Below, piece by piece: positions 48,785-57,391 of a stretch of 64,000 bases of DNA. The DNA is from Chloroflexia bacterium (lineage in GTDB: Bacteria > Chloroflexota > Chloroflexia > QHBQ01 > JADMIH01): positions 3,866-67,865 of the forward strand of contig DASWMJ010000009.1 in the NCBI GenBank assembly GCA_036399775.1, given 5' to 3'. The notes below the pieces were generated by a model. It was not told the origin of the DNA. It saw only the letters and a program-made list of their open reading frames with translations, and made no database searches. How positions within the stretch are numbered: the stretch's first letter is position 1; every line of letters begins with the position of its first letter. Made by a program: the position numbers and the translations under genes.

Positions 48785-50164
48785 ATGATAACGCGGCGTG
48801 CTCTTTATTTGCTGCTGCTCGCGGCACCTATACTCGCGCTGGCGACTATAGTGCCCGTCGCTGTATGGGCGGCTGCTCTTTACCTGGCGGGTATGCTGGC
48901 GCTGCTGGCCGCCGACTTTTGGCTGTCGCCCAAGCCTTCCGACTTCAGGCTTGCACGGGAGAATGAAAGCAAGCTCTCCCTCGGTGCAGACAACATGGTG
49001 CGTATCGCTATCAGGCGGCTGGGCGCGCCCGGCGGCCAGGGCCTGAGAGATGCCCCCGTGCCCTTCCTGGTGCGCGACGAGCCTCCGGTCGAGTACATCG
49101 CCAGCGACGTATTTCTCCCACGCAGCAACGAGGCAAATAACTCAAAACTCAAAACTCAAAACTCAAAACTCGAAATCGGTCCAGGGGAGACGGCGGAAGT
49201 CAGCTATACCGTCAAGCCGTTGCGGCGCGGGGACTATGCGTTCGGTGGGTGCCACCTGCGCTATGGCGGCGTGCTGGGCCTCATCCTCCGCCAGCATCGC
49301 TACCCCATCGGTGCGCCCGTGAAGGTCTACCCTAACCTACTGGAAGTGCGTAAATATGAATTGCTGGCGCGGCGGGACCAGCTATTCGAGATAGGGCTGA
49401 AGAATGCTCGGCGCATAGGGCAGGGCACCGAGTTCGAGCGGCTGCGTGACTATGAGCGCGACGACGACTACCGCCGCATCAACTGGCCCGCCACCGCCCG
49501 CCTGCACAAGCCCATCACTACGGATTACCAGCCCGAAAGGAGCCAGAGCGTTATCGTCATGCTCGACGCGGGGCGATTGATGACCGCGCCCCTCGGCCCG
49601 CTCTCCAAGCTCGATTATGCTATCAACACGACGCTACTGCTGGCATACGTAGCTATAATTCGGGGGGACCGGGTCGGCCTCCTTACCTTCGCCGATAGAG
49701 TGACGGGCTACTGGGAGCCGGACAAGGGCCGCAAGCAGTTCCTCGCGCTGCTGGATGCCCTCTACAAGGTGCAGCCCCAGCAAGTTGAGGCCGATTATAT
49801 GCGGGCGAGCGCGTTCCTCTCTACGAGGCGCAGCAAGCGCAGCCTGGTGGTGCTCTTCACCGACATTATAGACAGGCAGCAGGCCGACGTGATGGTGCGC
49901 GGCTTCGGGCGGCTGGCCCCACGCCACCTGCCTGTGGCCGTGACTATGGCCGACAACGAAGTGCTGACTATGGCCCACCGCGAACCGTCCGATGCCCAGC
50001 AGATGTACGAGAAGGTAATCGCCCAGCAACTCCTGGACGACCGCGTGAAGGCTCTGGACGCCCTCCAACGCCGGGGCGCGCTCACCATAGACGTGCCCGC
50101 CGACAAGCTGACGCCTGCGGTAGTGAACAAGTACCTTGAGCTAAAGGCGCGAGGGAGGTTGTAA
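48785..50164 (+). CDS. DUF58-domain protein (vWA-like, MoxR partner)
   Basis: DYERDDDYRRINWPATARLHKPITTDYQPERSQSVIVMLDAGRLM is the DUF58 core. Contains an in-frame AACTCAA heptamer array (49139-49177) encoding NSKLKTQNSKLEI. Confidence 0.8.
   Translation: MITRRALYLLLLAAPILALATIVPVAVWAAALYLAGMLALLAADFWLSPKPSDFRLARENESKLSLGADNMVRIAIRRLGAPGGQGLRDAPVPFLVRDEPPVEYIASDVFLPRSNEANNSKLKTQNSKLEIGPGETAEVSYTVKPLRRGDYAFGGCHLRYGGVLGLILRQHRYPIGAPVKVYPNLLEVRKYELLARRDQLFEIGLKNARRIGQGTEFERLRDYERDDDYRRINWPATARLHKPITTDYQPERSQSVIVMLDAGRLMTAPLGPLSKLDYAINTTLLLAYVAIIRGDRVGLLTFADRVTGYWEPDKGRKQFLALLDALYKVQPQQVEADYMRASAFLSTRRSKRSLVVLFTDIIDRQQADVMVRGFGRLAPRHLPVAVTMADNEVLTMAHREPSDAQQMYEKVIAQQLLDDRVKALDALQRRGALTIDVPADKLTPAVVNKYLELKARGRL
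50081..50164. repeat. Direct repeat DR2-left: native 3' end of the DUF58 gene (84 bp)
   Basis: ctcaccatagacgtgcccgccgacaagctgacgcctgcggtagtgaacaagtaccttgagctaaaggcgcgagggaggttgtaa. Partner at 52063-52146 has 5 differences. Confidence 0.85.
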
Positions 50165-50538
50165 AATCGGTTTCAGATCCCCACTCTTCGTATCGTCTTC
50201 AGCCATTGCAATCATTCCATTAGGTTATCAGCCTCGAGTAGGTTGCAGAGGACTTTGAGATGCTTAGGCGAGGGTGATAATTGTGCTGGCTAGCTGTGCT
50301 CAATAATATCTTGGGAAAGTTGAGCTTTGCGTAACGAAAGCCACATAGTATGAATATTCTTCAAAATAGACGTGTAAAATGTGGGAAACTGTGGTACAAT
50401 GAGGTGTACGGAGTGCATATGTTTATGTAATGCCTCGTTTTTCCGCCCTCAGTATAGAGTTCTGGCACCAAGCTATTCAAGAGAAATCAGCATTTTGGGG
50501 TAGGGTGCTAAGAGCTAAAGGAATAAGGGACGAGTGTT

Positions 50539-50862
50539 GTGCCATTCACTAAGGGATTCGTATCTGAATCAGAACTACTCGACCACTTTGATAGGCATAA
50601 TAAACTGATTGGCGCGCATGATGAGCAGCATTACTTACAGCTTGCTGACACGTTTTTAGGCGGTCCCAAAGGCCCCACAACGCTGGAGTGCCCCGAAAGA
50701 GCGCGAGATGGGTGTTTGACTAGATTTGATTATGTTACAAATGAATTTGGTGTGCTGACCCCTGATAGCTATATTCTGTCGTATTATATACCGGAGCCGA
50801 AACGTCATAAACAGCGTACCAATACAAAGTATTTTCAGGCTGATTGCAGGAGCAAAGAATGA
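50539..50862 (+). CDS. Hypothetical protein (107 aa), islet 2 gene A
   Basis: ORF in AT-rich islet, GTG start, overlaps the next ORF by 19 nt. No family recognised. Confidence 0.45.
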   Translation: MPFTKGFVSESELLDHFDRHNKLIGAHDEQHYLQLADTFLGGPKGPTTLECPERARDGCLTRFDYVTNEFGVLTPDSYILSYYIPEPKRHKQRTNTKYFQADCRSKE

Positions 50863-51248
50863 ACTATACATGTCCAGTTTGCGGATACGACAAATTGATT
50901 AGCCCGCCAGCGAACTATCATATTTGCCCATCCTGTGGCACCGAGTTTGAATACGATGACTTTGCCACGAGCCATGATCTGTTGCTTAAGCAGTGGATAC
51001 GAGAAGGGATGCCCTGGCATAAGACGCGAACTGGCCCGCCGCCCGGATGGGATCCGGTCGTGCAGATCTTCCAAGCCGGACTTGGTGCTGCTCTAATCGA
51101 ATTTATGGCAAGGGAAGCCCGGCAGAGCTACGAGGCTATTACACTGGGTACGGTGCAGCCCTACGTTTCAGGTAGCATCAAGCTTACTACTAACGCGCCT
51201 GCACACCAATTGAGCACTCAGAACTGTTTTGCCTTCGCCTCTAGTTAA
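50844..51248 (+). CDS. Hypothetical zinc-ribbon protein (134 aa), islet 2 gene B
   Basis: N-terminal CPVCGYDKLISPPANYHICPSCGTEF (two CxxC pairs). Confidence 0.5.
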   Translation: MQEQRMNYTCPVCGYDKLISPPANYHICPSCGTEFEYDDFATSHDLLLKQWIREGMPWHKTRTGPPPGWDPVVQIFQAGLGAALIEFMAREARQSYEAITLGTVQPYVSGSIKLTTNAPAHQLSTQNCFAFASS

Positions 51249-51266
51249 GTACATGAGAGAAAAGCA

Positions 51267-51725
51267 ATGCCCAAGCTTGTCGTCTTCGCGCCATGCCTAA
51301 AGGTGATTATCAGCGAGAGAGATGACTCACTCTCGCTGATAGCGCTAATGGATGCTATAAAAGTAAGTGTTGCTGAGGGTGCGGAAGTGCCTGCTGATGC
51401 CAAAGTACCTAATGCCTGGGACATCCTCGCTTTTTGGCGTAACTCAGCGGATGATGCAGGAAAGGAATACGAGCAACGTACGCGGCTTTTACTACCTAAT
51501 GGCGAAACGAGTGTAGAAGCAACAATGTCCTTTTCAGGTAATAATCGTTCGCATCGGAATGTGATCAATATTACCGGAGTTCCGGTTGGACAGGCAGGTG
51601 AATGCTCCCTTCAATTATGGCTTCGCGAAGCGGGTGCGGATGATTGGGGAGATCCTGTAGCAGATTATTCTTTGATGGTCATCCATGATACTGTACCAGT
51701 AGAGACGGAGCAACCCGAAGAATAG
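51267..51725 (+). CDS. Hypothetical protein (152 aa), islet 2 gene C
   Basis: ORF 19 nt after gene B, same strand. No family recognised. Confidence 0.45.
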   Translation: MPKLVVFAPCLKVIISERDDSLSLIALMDAIKVSVAEGAEVPADAKVPNAWDILAFWRNSADDAGKEYEQRTRLLLPNGETSVEATMSFSGNNRSHRNVINITGVPVGQAGECSLQLWLREAGADDWGDPVADYSLMVIHDTVPVETEQPEE

Positions 51726-51878
51726 ATAGTAGGAGCAGCCCACGTCATGCTTCCTGTGTGAGACCAAGAAATCCGGCGGGTTACCCGGCAGTGCTTAGGG
51801 TATCGGCGGAGGCACTGAATGGAGAGGTGCTCATAAGATCCTCCTGACTAAAGAGCTCAGTCTTATCATGACTGAGCT

Positions 51879-52046
51879 CTAATCTTCGGCTTCCTCGTCA
51901 AAATCCTCATAGCCCCAATCAACATCGTCCAGTTCATATATGCTCAAAAGTTCGTTCTTTAGATCCTTCCCTTCTACCTCGTTGGAGAAAACCTCTTCTG
52001 AATACACCTGTAGCATACCTTTTTCATCCCTTTCAATCTCAGTCAT
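51879..52046 (-). CDS. Small acidic hypothetical protein (55 aa), islet 2 gene D (start trimmed)
   Basis: MTEIERDEKGMLQVYSEEVFSNEVEGKDLKNELLSIYELDDVDWGYEDFDEEAED. The longer ORF to 52184 is antisense to the duplicated DUF58 3' end. Confidence 0.35.
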   Translation of the reverse strand: MTEIERDEKGMLQVYSEEVFSNEVEGKDLKNELLSIYELDDVDWGYEDFDEEAED

Positions 52047-52062
52047 TTTCCATAAGCCCGTC

Positions 52063-52146
52063 CTCACCATAGATGTGCCTGTCGACAAGCTCACGCCTGC
52101 GGTGGTGAACAAGTACCTTGAGCTAAAGGCGCGAGGGAGGTTGTAA
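52063..52146. repeat. Direct repeat DR2-right: second copy of the DUF58 3' end
   Basis: ctcaccatagatgtgcctgtcgacaagctcacgcctgcggtggtgaacaagtaccttgagctaaaggcgcgagggaggttgtaa. Encodes LTIDVPVDKLTPAVVNKYLELKARGRL-stop, versus native ...PADKL... (4 synonymous and 1 A->V change). Confidence 0.85.
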
Positions 52147-52329
52147 CGTAAGTGTCCAGTACGAATAACATTCCTTCCTGGCATCTAAGCATTTACGTTG
52201 TACGATAGGCGTGAGAAGGGTGGGATTGTAATAGAGGGCCAATCTTCGGAATAGTCTTGTAACTTTTGTGAGATACAATGCTAGGGGATGAACGTATAAT
52301 AGTTATAGGCATATTAAGGAGACATACCA

Positions 52330-52728
52330 ATGAAAAGTAAAGTAATCAAGTCTGATGCGGAGTGGAAGCAACAACTTACCCCGGATCAGTACCGGGTCGC
52401 CCGCCAGAAGGGTACGGAGCGCGCCTTCACAGGCGAATACGCTCACACCCACGACGAGGGCGTGTATAAGTGCGTGTGCTGTGGGGCGGAACTATTCAGC
52501 TCGGACACCAAATTCGAGTCGGGCACCGGCTGGCCCAGCTTCTACGCGCCCATCTCGGAGGAGAATGTCAGCACGGAGACCGACGACAGCTTCTGGATGC
52601 GGCGCACAGAAGTGATGTGTAGCGCCTGCGACGCCCACCTGGGCCACGTCTTCGATGACGGCCCCCAGCCGACGGGCCTGCGCTATTGCATCAACTCGGC
52701 ATCTCTCAAGCTGGATAGGGAAGCGTAA
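52330..52728 (+). CDS. msrB: Peptide methionine sulfoxide reductase MsrB
   Basis: CxxC...CxxC zinc site and GTGWPSF...RYCINSASL catalytic motif. Confidence 0.88.
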   Translation: MKSKVIKSDAEWKQQLTPDQYRVARQKGTERAFTGEYAHTHDEGVYKCVCCGAELFSSDTKFESGTGWPSFYAPISEENVSTETDDSFWMRRTEVMCSACDAHLGHVFDDGPQPTGLRYCINSASLKLDREA

Positions 52729-52738
52729 AACGTAAAAC

Positions 52739-53248
52739 GTGAGAGGAAATAGGAGAAATAGAATGGAAAAGGCAACATTGGAGAAGGCGACGTTTGGAGC
52801 GGGGTGCTTCTGGGGTGTAGAGGCGGCGTTTCGACAGATAAAGGGGGTGGTCTCGACCTCGGTTGGATACAGTGGTGGAGCGTACAACAACCCATCCTAC
52901 CGGGATGTCTGCACGGGGAGGACCGGGCATGCTGAGGTGGTGGAGGTGGTATACGACCCGGCTAGAGTCTCATACGACGATCTCTTGCAGGTCTTCTGGG
53001 AGAACCACAACCCGACCACGATGAACCGGCAAGGCCCCGACGTAGGCACTCAGTACAGGTCCGCGATCTTCTTCCACAGCCCTGAACAGCAGGCAGCCGC
53101 GCTGGCCTCAAAAACGAAGCTGGATAGCAGTGGCAGGTATGGCAGGCCAATCGTGACGGAAATCACGCCCGCCTCGCAGTTCTACCCTGCGGAGGAGTAC
53201 CACCAGCAGTACCTGGAGAAGCGCGGGCTGTCTACCTGCCATATTTAG
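52739..53248 (+). CDS. msrA: Peptide methionine sulfoxide reductase MsrA
   Basis: [15 protein letters not shown] is the GCFWG active-site motif. Confidence 0.88.
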   Translation: MRGNRRNRMEKATLEKATFGAGCFWGVEAAFRQIKGVVSTSVGYSGGAYNNPSYRDVCTGRTGHAEVVEVVYDPARVSYDDLLQVFWENHNPTTMNRQGPDVGTQYRSAIFFHSPEQQAAALASKTKLDSSGRYGRPIVTEITPASQFYPAEEYHQQYLEKRGLSTCHI

Positions 53249-53358
53249 AGCGTCTGATAACGCACAGATGTGGATCAAGCAGGAGCTGTTCTTGGACTGC
53301 TTCTGCTTGAGATTTGTTAAGAGCGCTAACGGGTAGCTCGCTTCGCTTCTGTAAGACT

Positions 53359-53586
53359 TCAAGCAACCGAAGGAGATTGATCTGGTTGATACCGAAGGGC
53401 CATTAGCATGCTATCATGCAAAGCAAGCATTGCATAGGTCCGGCCCTCGTCGTCGCTGAATTCTACTTCAAAGGCGTCAGGCGCAAGTATCTCCACAACG
53501 GTGCCTACCTGTCCGCGACGAAGACCCCTTTCCGGTAAGTCCTCCGTCAGTGCTACCACACTAAGAAGGGTGATTTCGTTATTCAT
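53359..53586 (-). CDS. DUF4926-like small protein
   Basis: LLSVVALTEDLPERGLRRGQVGTVVEILAPDAFEVEFSDDEGRTYAMLAL matches my recollection of the DUF4926 pattern (recall only). Confidence 0.55.
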   Translation of the reverse strand: MNNEITLLSVVALTEDLPERGLRRGQVGTVVEILAPDAFEVEFSDDEGRTYAMLALHDSMLMALRYQPDQSPSVA

Positions 53587-53596
53587 TGATACCTCC

Positions 53597-53929
53597 TCAT
53601 GGTATATAGCAGCTTATGAGCCTCGGAAAATCCTCTCTGGCACGAACAATCCAGGCACTCCGCACCGTAGCCCTTCCACGAGGCCCAGTCATTACAAAGT
53701 CCAACACGTAGCGTTGCCCGTATTCATCCCCTTGACCAATAGTTGCATCCTCATTCTCAGCCGCATTACGAAGGGCGAAATACAACTCGCTTACATGAAT
53801 AGCTGTTAATCCAAGTACTGATAGGAACACCCTGGCTTTGTGACGCCCTCGTAGATGCTCGAAGCTCAAGCAGTAGTCACGAAGTTTCTCAATATCTACA
53901 ACAGCACGCTCCGGGTTCGGTAGCTTCAC
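53597..53929 (-). CDS. DUF6883-like protein, upstream partner of the DUF4926 gene
   Basis: IEKLRDYCLSFEHLRGRHKARVFLSVLGLT resembles the DUF6883 signature (KLTDYLLS..HP.GRHKARFF; recall only). 10-nt gap to the next gene, same strand. Confidence 0.5.
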   Translation of the reverse strand: MKLPNPERAVVDIEKLRDYCLSFEHLRGRHKARVFLSVLGLTAIHVSELYFALRNAAENEDATIGQGDEYGQRYVLDFVMTGPRGRATVRSAWIVRAREDFPRLISCYIP

Positions 53930-54089
53930 TGCGCCAACTCCTTGCCCTTTCTGCCCCTCGCCATCAGAATTTCCGTCCTGAACTTTACCGCGTCAGTATT
54001 TCGATACGCTTTCTCCTCTTATAGCCCCCTGGGGGCATAAGATTGTAAAATAGTGTCTCCACTTGCTCCCGCCTTACGCTTCGAGTGGG

Positions 54090-55202
54090 CTATAGCCACT
54101 TGCGAACCCTGAAAAACGCGAGCATGCTAACGGCCACCACGATCATCATGAAGATAACAATAGGGAAGGCGTAAGGACTCTCCTCGCCGGGTAGCTTGAC
54201 GTTCATGCCCAGGATGCCTGAGATGAGGGTGAGAGGCAGCAGGATAACCGAGATGAGCGTGAGCACCTTGATTATCTCGTTGATGCGGTTGGAGGTGAGG
54301 GAGTTGATGGTGTCGCTCAGCCCCTCGATTACCTCCTTGAAGTCTTCCAGCGTATCCCATATCTTGCTCAGGTGGTCGGAAATGTCACCGAAGTATTCCT
54401 CCATGTCTTCATTGAGGTAAGGGCGGTGCTTGCGCTCAAGGCTGTTGACCACCGGGATAAGCGGCTTGACTATACGGCGGAAGGCGATAATGTCGCGCCT
54501 GATGACGGATATATCCTGGATGGTCCGGCGCACTTTCTCCTCGAATATCTCATCCTCCGCACGCTCGATGTTGGCGTCTATCTTATTGAGGATGGGGAAG
54601 CAGTAGTCTACCAGCTTATCTACTATGAGATAGAGCAAGTAGCCGGTGGAGCGGCTCATAGCGGCGGCGCGCACGGCGGGGTCCTCAAGGCACTGGTTGA
54701 ACAGGCGAGTGAGAGGCTTGAGCTTGCCATCGTGGACGGTAATCACGTAGTTCTGCCCCACGAATATATCTACTTCGCTGGGCGTGGTGACGCGCACCAG
54801 CTTGGAGTAGACGGGGATATGCATGACGATAAAGGAGTAGTCATCGTCGTCGTCTATTTTGGGGCGCTGGACCTTCGAGAGAGTGTCGTCGAGGTACAAG
54901 GGGTGGAACTGGTAATGAGCGCGCAGCCACTCGATCTCAGCGTCTCCTGGGTGGACAATATCTACCCAGGTTATATCGCCGTGCGTGATGGTGCGAACGG
55001 AGAGTGGGCGCGGCGTATCAGACACGGGCGCGGTCCCACGAGGGCGCGTGCGCATGTCCGAAGGCGCGGGCATAGAGACCACAGGCTGCATAGCCCCCTG
55101 TCCCTGGACCTGCGGTTGGGTCTGCAAGTTTACCTGGGTAGCCGGGATGCCACCCTTGATTTCCGGCTTCGGCTGCTGCACGTTCACACCTCCTCTCAAC
55201 AT
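54090..55202 (-). CDS. corA: Magnesium/cobalt transporter CorA
   Basis: C-terminal two TM helices with the GMN motif (ILGMNVKLPG). The real start may be the GTG at ~55181 preceded by GAGGAGG. Confidence 0.85.
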   Translation of the reverse strand: MLRGGVNVQQPKPEIKGGIPATQVNLQTQPQVQGQGAMQPVVSMPAPSDMRTRPRGTAPVSDTPRPLSVRTITHGDITWVDIVHPGDAEIEWLRAHYQFHPLYLDDTLSKVQRPKIDDDDDYSFIVMHIPVYSKLVRVTTPSEVDIFVGQNYVITVHDGKLKPLTRLFNQCLEDPAVRAAAMSRSTGYLLYLIVDKLVDYCFPILNKIDANIERAEDEIFEEKVRRTIQDISVIRRDIIAFRRIVKPLIPVVNSLERKHRPYLNEDMEEYFGDISDHLSKIWDTLEDFKEVIEGLSDTINSLTSNRINEIIKVLTLISVILLPLTLISGILGMNVKLPGEESPYAFPIVIFMMIVVAVSMLAFFRVRKWL

Positions 55203-55252
55203 AAGGCTTATGTACCACTATAAGTATAAGCCTGTAGAGGAAGAGTGGCAAA

Positions 55253-55413
55253 TGCGGAGTGCGGAGTGCGGAGTGCGGAAGGCGGAGTGCGGAGTGCGGA
55301 GTGCGGAGTGCGGAATATAGCCGAGCACTAACGCCAACATTACCGATTACCCAAATTGGCCTATCTTAATTCCGCATTCCGCACTCCGCATTCCGCACTC
55401 CGCATTCCGCATT
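55253..55413. repeat. Inverted pair of heptamer arrays (GCGGAGT x9 / TTCCGCA x6) around a 53-bp centre
   Basis: gcggagtgcggagtgcggagtgcggaaggcggagt... atagccgagcactaacgccaacattaccgattacccaaattggcctatcttaa ...ttccgcattccgcactccgcattccgc. Confidence 0.8.
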
Positions 55414-55787
55414 CAGGAGGCTGCTCGCTCTTGAAGGTCGGTGTACTTCGTGTTGCGGCCTCTTGACAGGTCGGCGGGGTAGTGGCCTGCGGAGATCGCC
55501 ATCTTGTCGCGGAAGACGGCAGAGAGGTCGAAGTCTACCGAGGAAGCGAGCGCCAGGACGTGATAGAGCAGATCGGCTATCTCGTGGGCGACGGCCAGCC
55601 GCTTGCCTGGCTGCTTGAGGAGGGCTTCTATCTCATCATCTGTGCGGAAGCGGAAATGCTCCATCAACTCGCCCAGCTCTATCGCCATGCTGAGGGTGAG
55701 GTCCTTCGGGGACTCATGCCACTGGCGCTCCTCGCAAAACTTATCTACCAGGCTGCGCAGGTAGGCTACCGATGTCTGCTCGTCCAT
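55413..55787 (-). CDS. MazG-like nucleotide pyrophosphohydrolase
   Basis: ELGELMEHFRF...EIADLLYHVLALA is the EExxE/D MazG core. Confidence 0.8.
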   Translation of the reverse strand: MDEQTSVAYLRSLVDKFCEERQWHESPKDLTLSMAIELGELMEHFRFRTDDEIEALLKQPGKRLAVAHEIADLLYHVLALASSVDFDLSAVFRDKMAISAGHYPADLSRGRNTKYTDLQERAAS

Positions 55788-56002
55788 CTCTGTAGATGCT
55801 CCTGTGGCTCTATTGGGTGATGGGTGATAGGTTTTGGGTGGTAGGCAGTCGAAGTGCCGCTATCCGGTTAACGGATTATAGCCCGCATGGTTCCCGCGCG
55901 CCGACATTTCCACTAATCGGGATACCTGTTTCATGAGAAATCCCGATTTTCCTTATCCTTGCGCAAATCGGCACTCTCATCTGCCAGGCACAAACCTCTT
56001 AT

Positions 56003-56057
56003 AAAATCAACAGTAAAAATCACGCCGCGCAGCGGCGTGATTTTTACTGTTGATTTT
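56003..56057. terminator. Long perfect palindrome, terminator-like
   Basis: aaaatcaacagtaaaaatcacgccgc gcag cggcgtgatttttactgttgatttt (26-bp arms). It is followed by a second hairpin cccctccccacgctgggggtgggg. Confidence 0.55.
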
Positions 56058-56151
56058 AATCTCCCCTCCCCACGCTGGGGGTGGGGTGTTAGGGTTCCGA
56101 ATCTAAATTTCGGGATGTGTCCTGTGTCTGAAAGAAGTGGAGGCAGGCGGG

Positions 56152-56820
56152 CTAGCCTGCTACCAGGCTGAACTCCAGGAGGCGGGTCAGGCGGGAGGCT
56201 TTTTCGGACGGCAGCACGTCCAGGGCGGAGCGCAGCAGGTCCGTGCTGTAGCCGCAGGAGCGCATGGCGTGGAGTATGCGGCGGGTGAACTGCGCGTCGT
56301 TGGTCGCCGCGCTCTCAGCCAGCAAGAACTCTATGGGCACCACCGCCACGTCCAGGTTGCCCTCAAAGGAGGCGCGGCGCACTTCCGCTTCGGGGCGCAC
56401 GGCCTGGGCAACCGGGTCGGAGTAGACGCTGCGGACGTAGGAGACCTGCACCGTAGCGCCGTCTACCAGCCACCGGCCAAACCAGCAGGCCCGCCCGGCA
56501 TGGCTCCACGCGACGATGCGCTGGTGGACGTTGGAGTGCCAGCTTTCGGAAGGGGGAACGTTGCCGCCCCGCCTGTAGATGATGGTGGCTTTGTTCGCGG
56601 GGACCTCGTAGGGCTTCATAAACTGCGCGAAATAGGCAGCCGCGAAGGGCGAGATGGCCCGGAACTCTATCACGTCGGGTTCTACGTCAACGCCCTGTAG
56701 GGCGAGCGCCGCGTCCCCGGACAGAAGCCACGGGACGGGGGTTCGGGTGGTTGGGTCATAGACCCTTCGGAGGGTATGCCGCAAGGACTCGGCCCAGCGG
56801 CCCGTTCTGGTTACACACAT
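56152..56820 (-). CDS. Hypothetical protein (222 aa), last gene of the FtsK-like/DinB operon
   Basis: Long ORF with good codon usage, co-directional and closely spaced with 56924..57388. Family not recognised. Confidence 0.5.
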   Translation of the reverse strand: MCVTRTGRWAESLRHTLRRVYDPTTRTPVPWLLSGDAALALQGVDVEPDVIEFRAISPFAAAYFAQFMKPYEVPANKATIIYRRGGNVPPSESWHSNVHQRIVAWSHAGRACWFGRWLVDGATVQVSYVRSVYSDPVAQAVRPEAEVRRASFEGNLDVAVVPIEFLLAESAATNDAQFTRRILHAMRSCGYSTDLLRSALDVLPSEKASRLTRLLEFSLVAG

Positions 56821-56923
56821 AGCTCTATCACCTCTCTAATCTAACTCTCTAAAACTCTGCTCAAACTCTCTTGGCTGATTTTCTGCATATTTTCCTGGTT
56901 AGCTGGCAGGTAGCGGAGTGTCG

Positions 56924-57388
56924 CTACCTTGTTCCCCATTCCCACATGCCATAAGCCGTCTTCTTGTCGAGGGCATGTCCTGATTGGTTGAGTATCATGC
57001 CAATCTCGCCCTGGTGGTACGACTCGTGGGCAATCAGGTAGGCCATGAAGGCCACCGCATGGGGCTTGAAGCCCTTTATCTTGCCGCCCGCCTCTATGCC
57101 CCTCCCCAGCAAGGCATCTATGGCGCTGCCCGACCCTTCCAGCGCCCGCCGCAGCAACTCTTTATCGCCCGCGCTCCCCTTGTCTATCTTCGCCAGCCCC
57201 TCTATCAGATCGGGCGCTGCCGCCTCAAGCCACGCGATGCGGTTGTTGTGCATGTGGGCGAACTCTGCTCCGACTGTGCGCCCTTTGGAGGCTGAAACGC
57301 CGCCCAATGCTTCGGGCGAGATGGCATCCAGCACGTAAAGGGTGATGCGGTTGTGGATGCGCCAGGTATCCAGCACATGCTCGTCCAT
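56924..57388 (-). CDS. DinB/YfiT-family (DinB_2-like) metal-dependent protein
   Basis: Histidine pattern H...(about 100 aa)...HESYHQGEI typical of the DinB_2 helical bundle. Confidence 0.7.
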   Translation of the reverse strand: MDEHVLDTWRIHNRITLYVLDAISPEALGGVSASKGRTVGAEFAHMHNNRIAWLEAAAPDLIEGLAKIDKGSAGDKELLRRALEGSGSAIDALLGRGIEAGGKIKGFKPHAVAFMAYLIAHESYHQGEIGMILNQSGHALDKKTAYGMWEWGTR

Positions 57389-57391
57389 GCC

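Noticed and set aside
52046-52184. N-terminal extension of minus-strand ORF 51879..52184
   Set aside because: It is antisense to the duplicated DUF58 3' end (52063-52146), which is under coding constraint on the + strand. The ORF was trimmed to start at MTEIERD.
55253-55413. Heptamer arrays considered as possible CRISPR arrays
   Set aside because: Units are 7 bp and directly tandem with no 25-45-bp spacers. No cas genes or leader were seen. They look like a microsatellite-type repeat family, not CRISPR.
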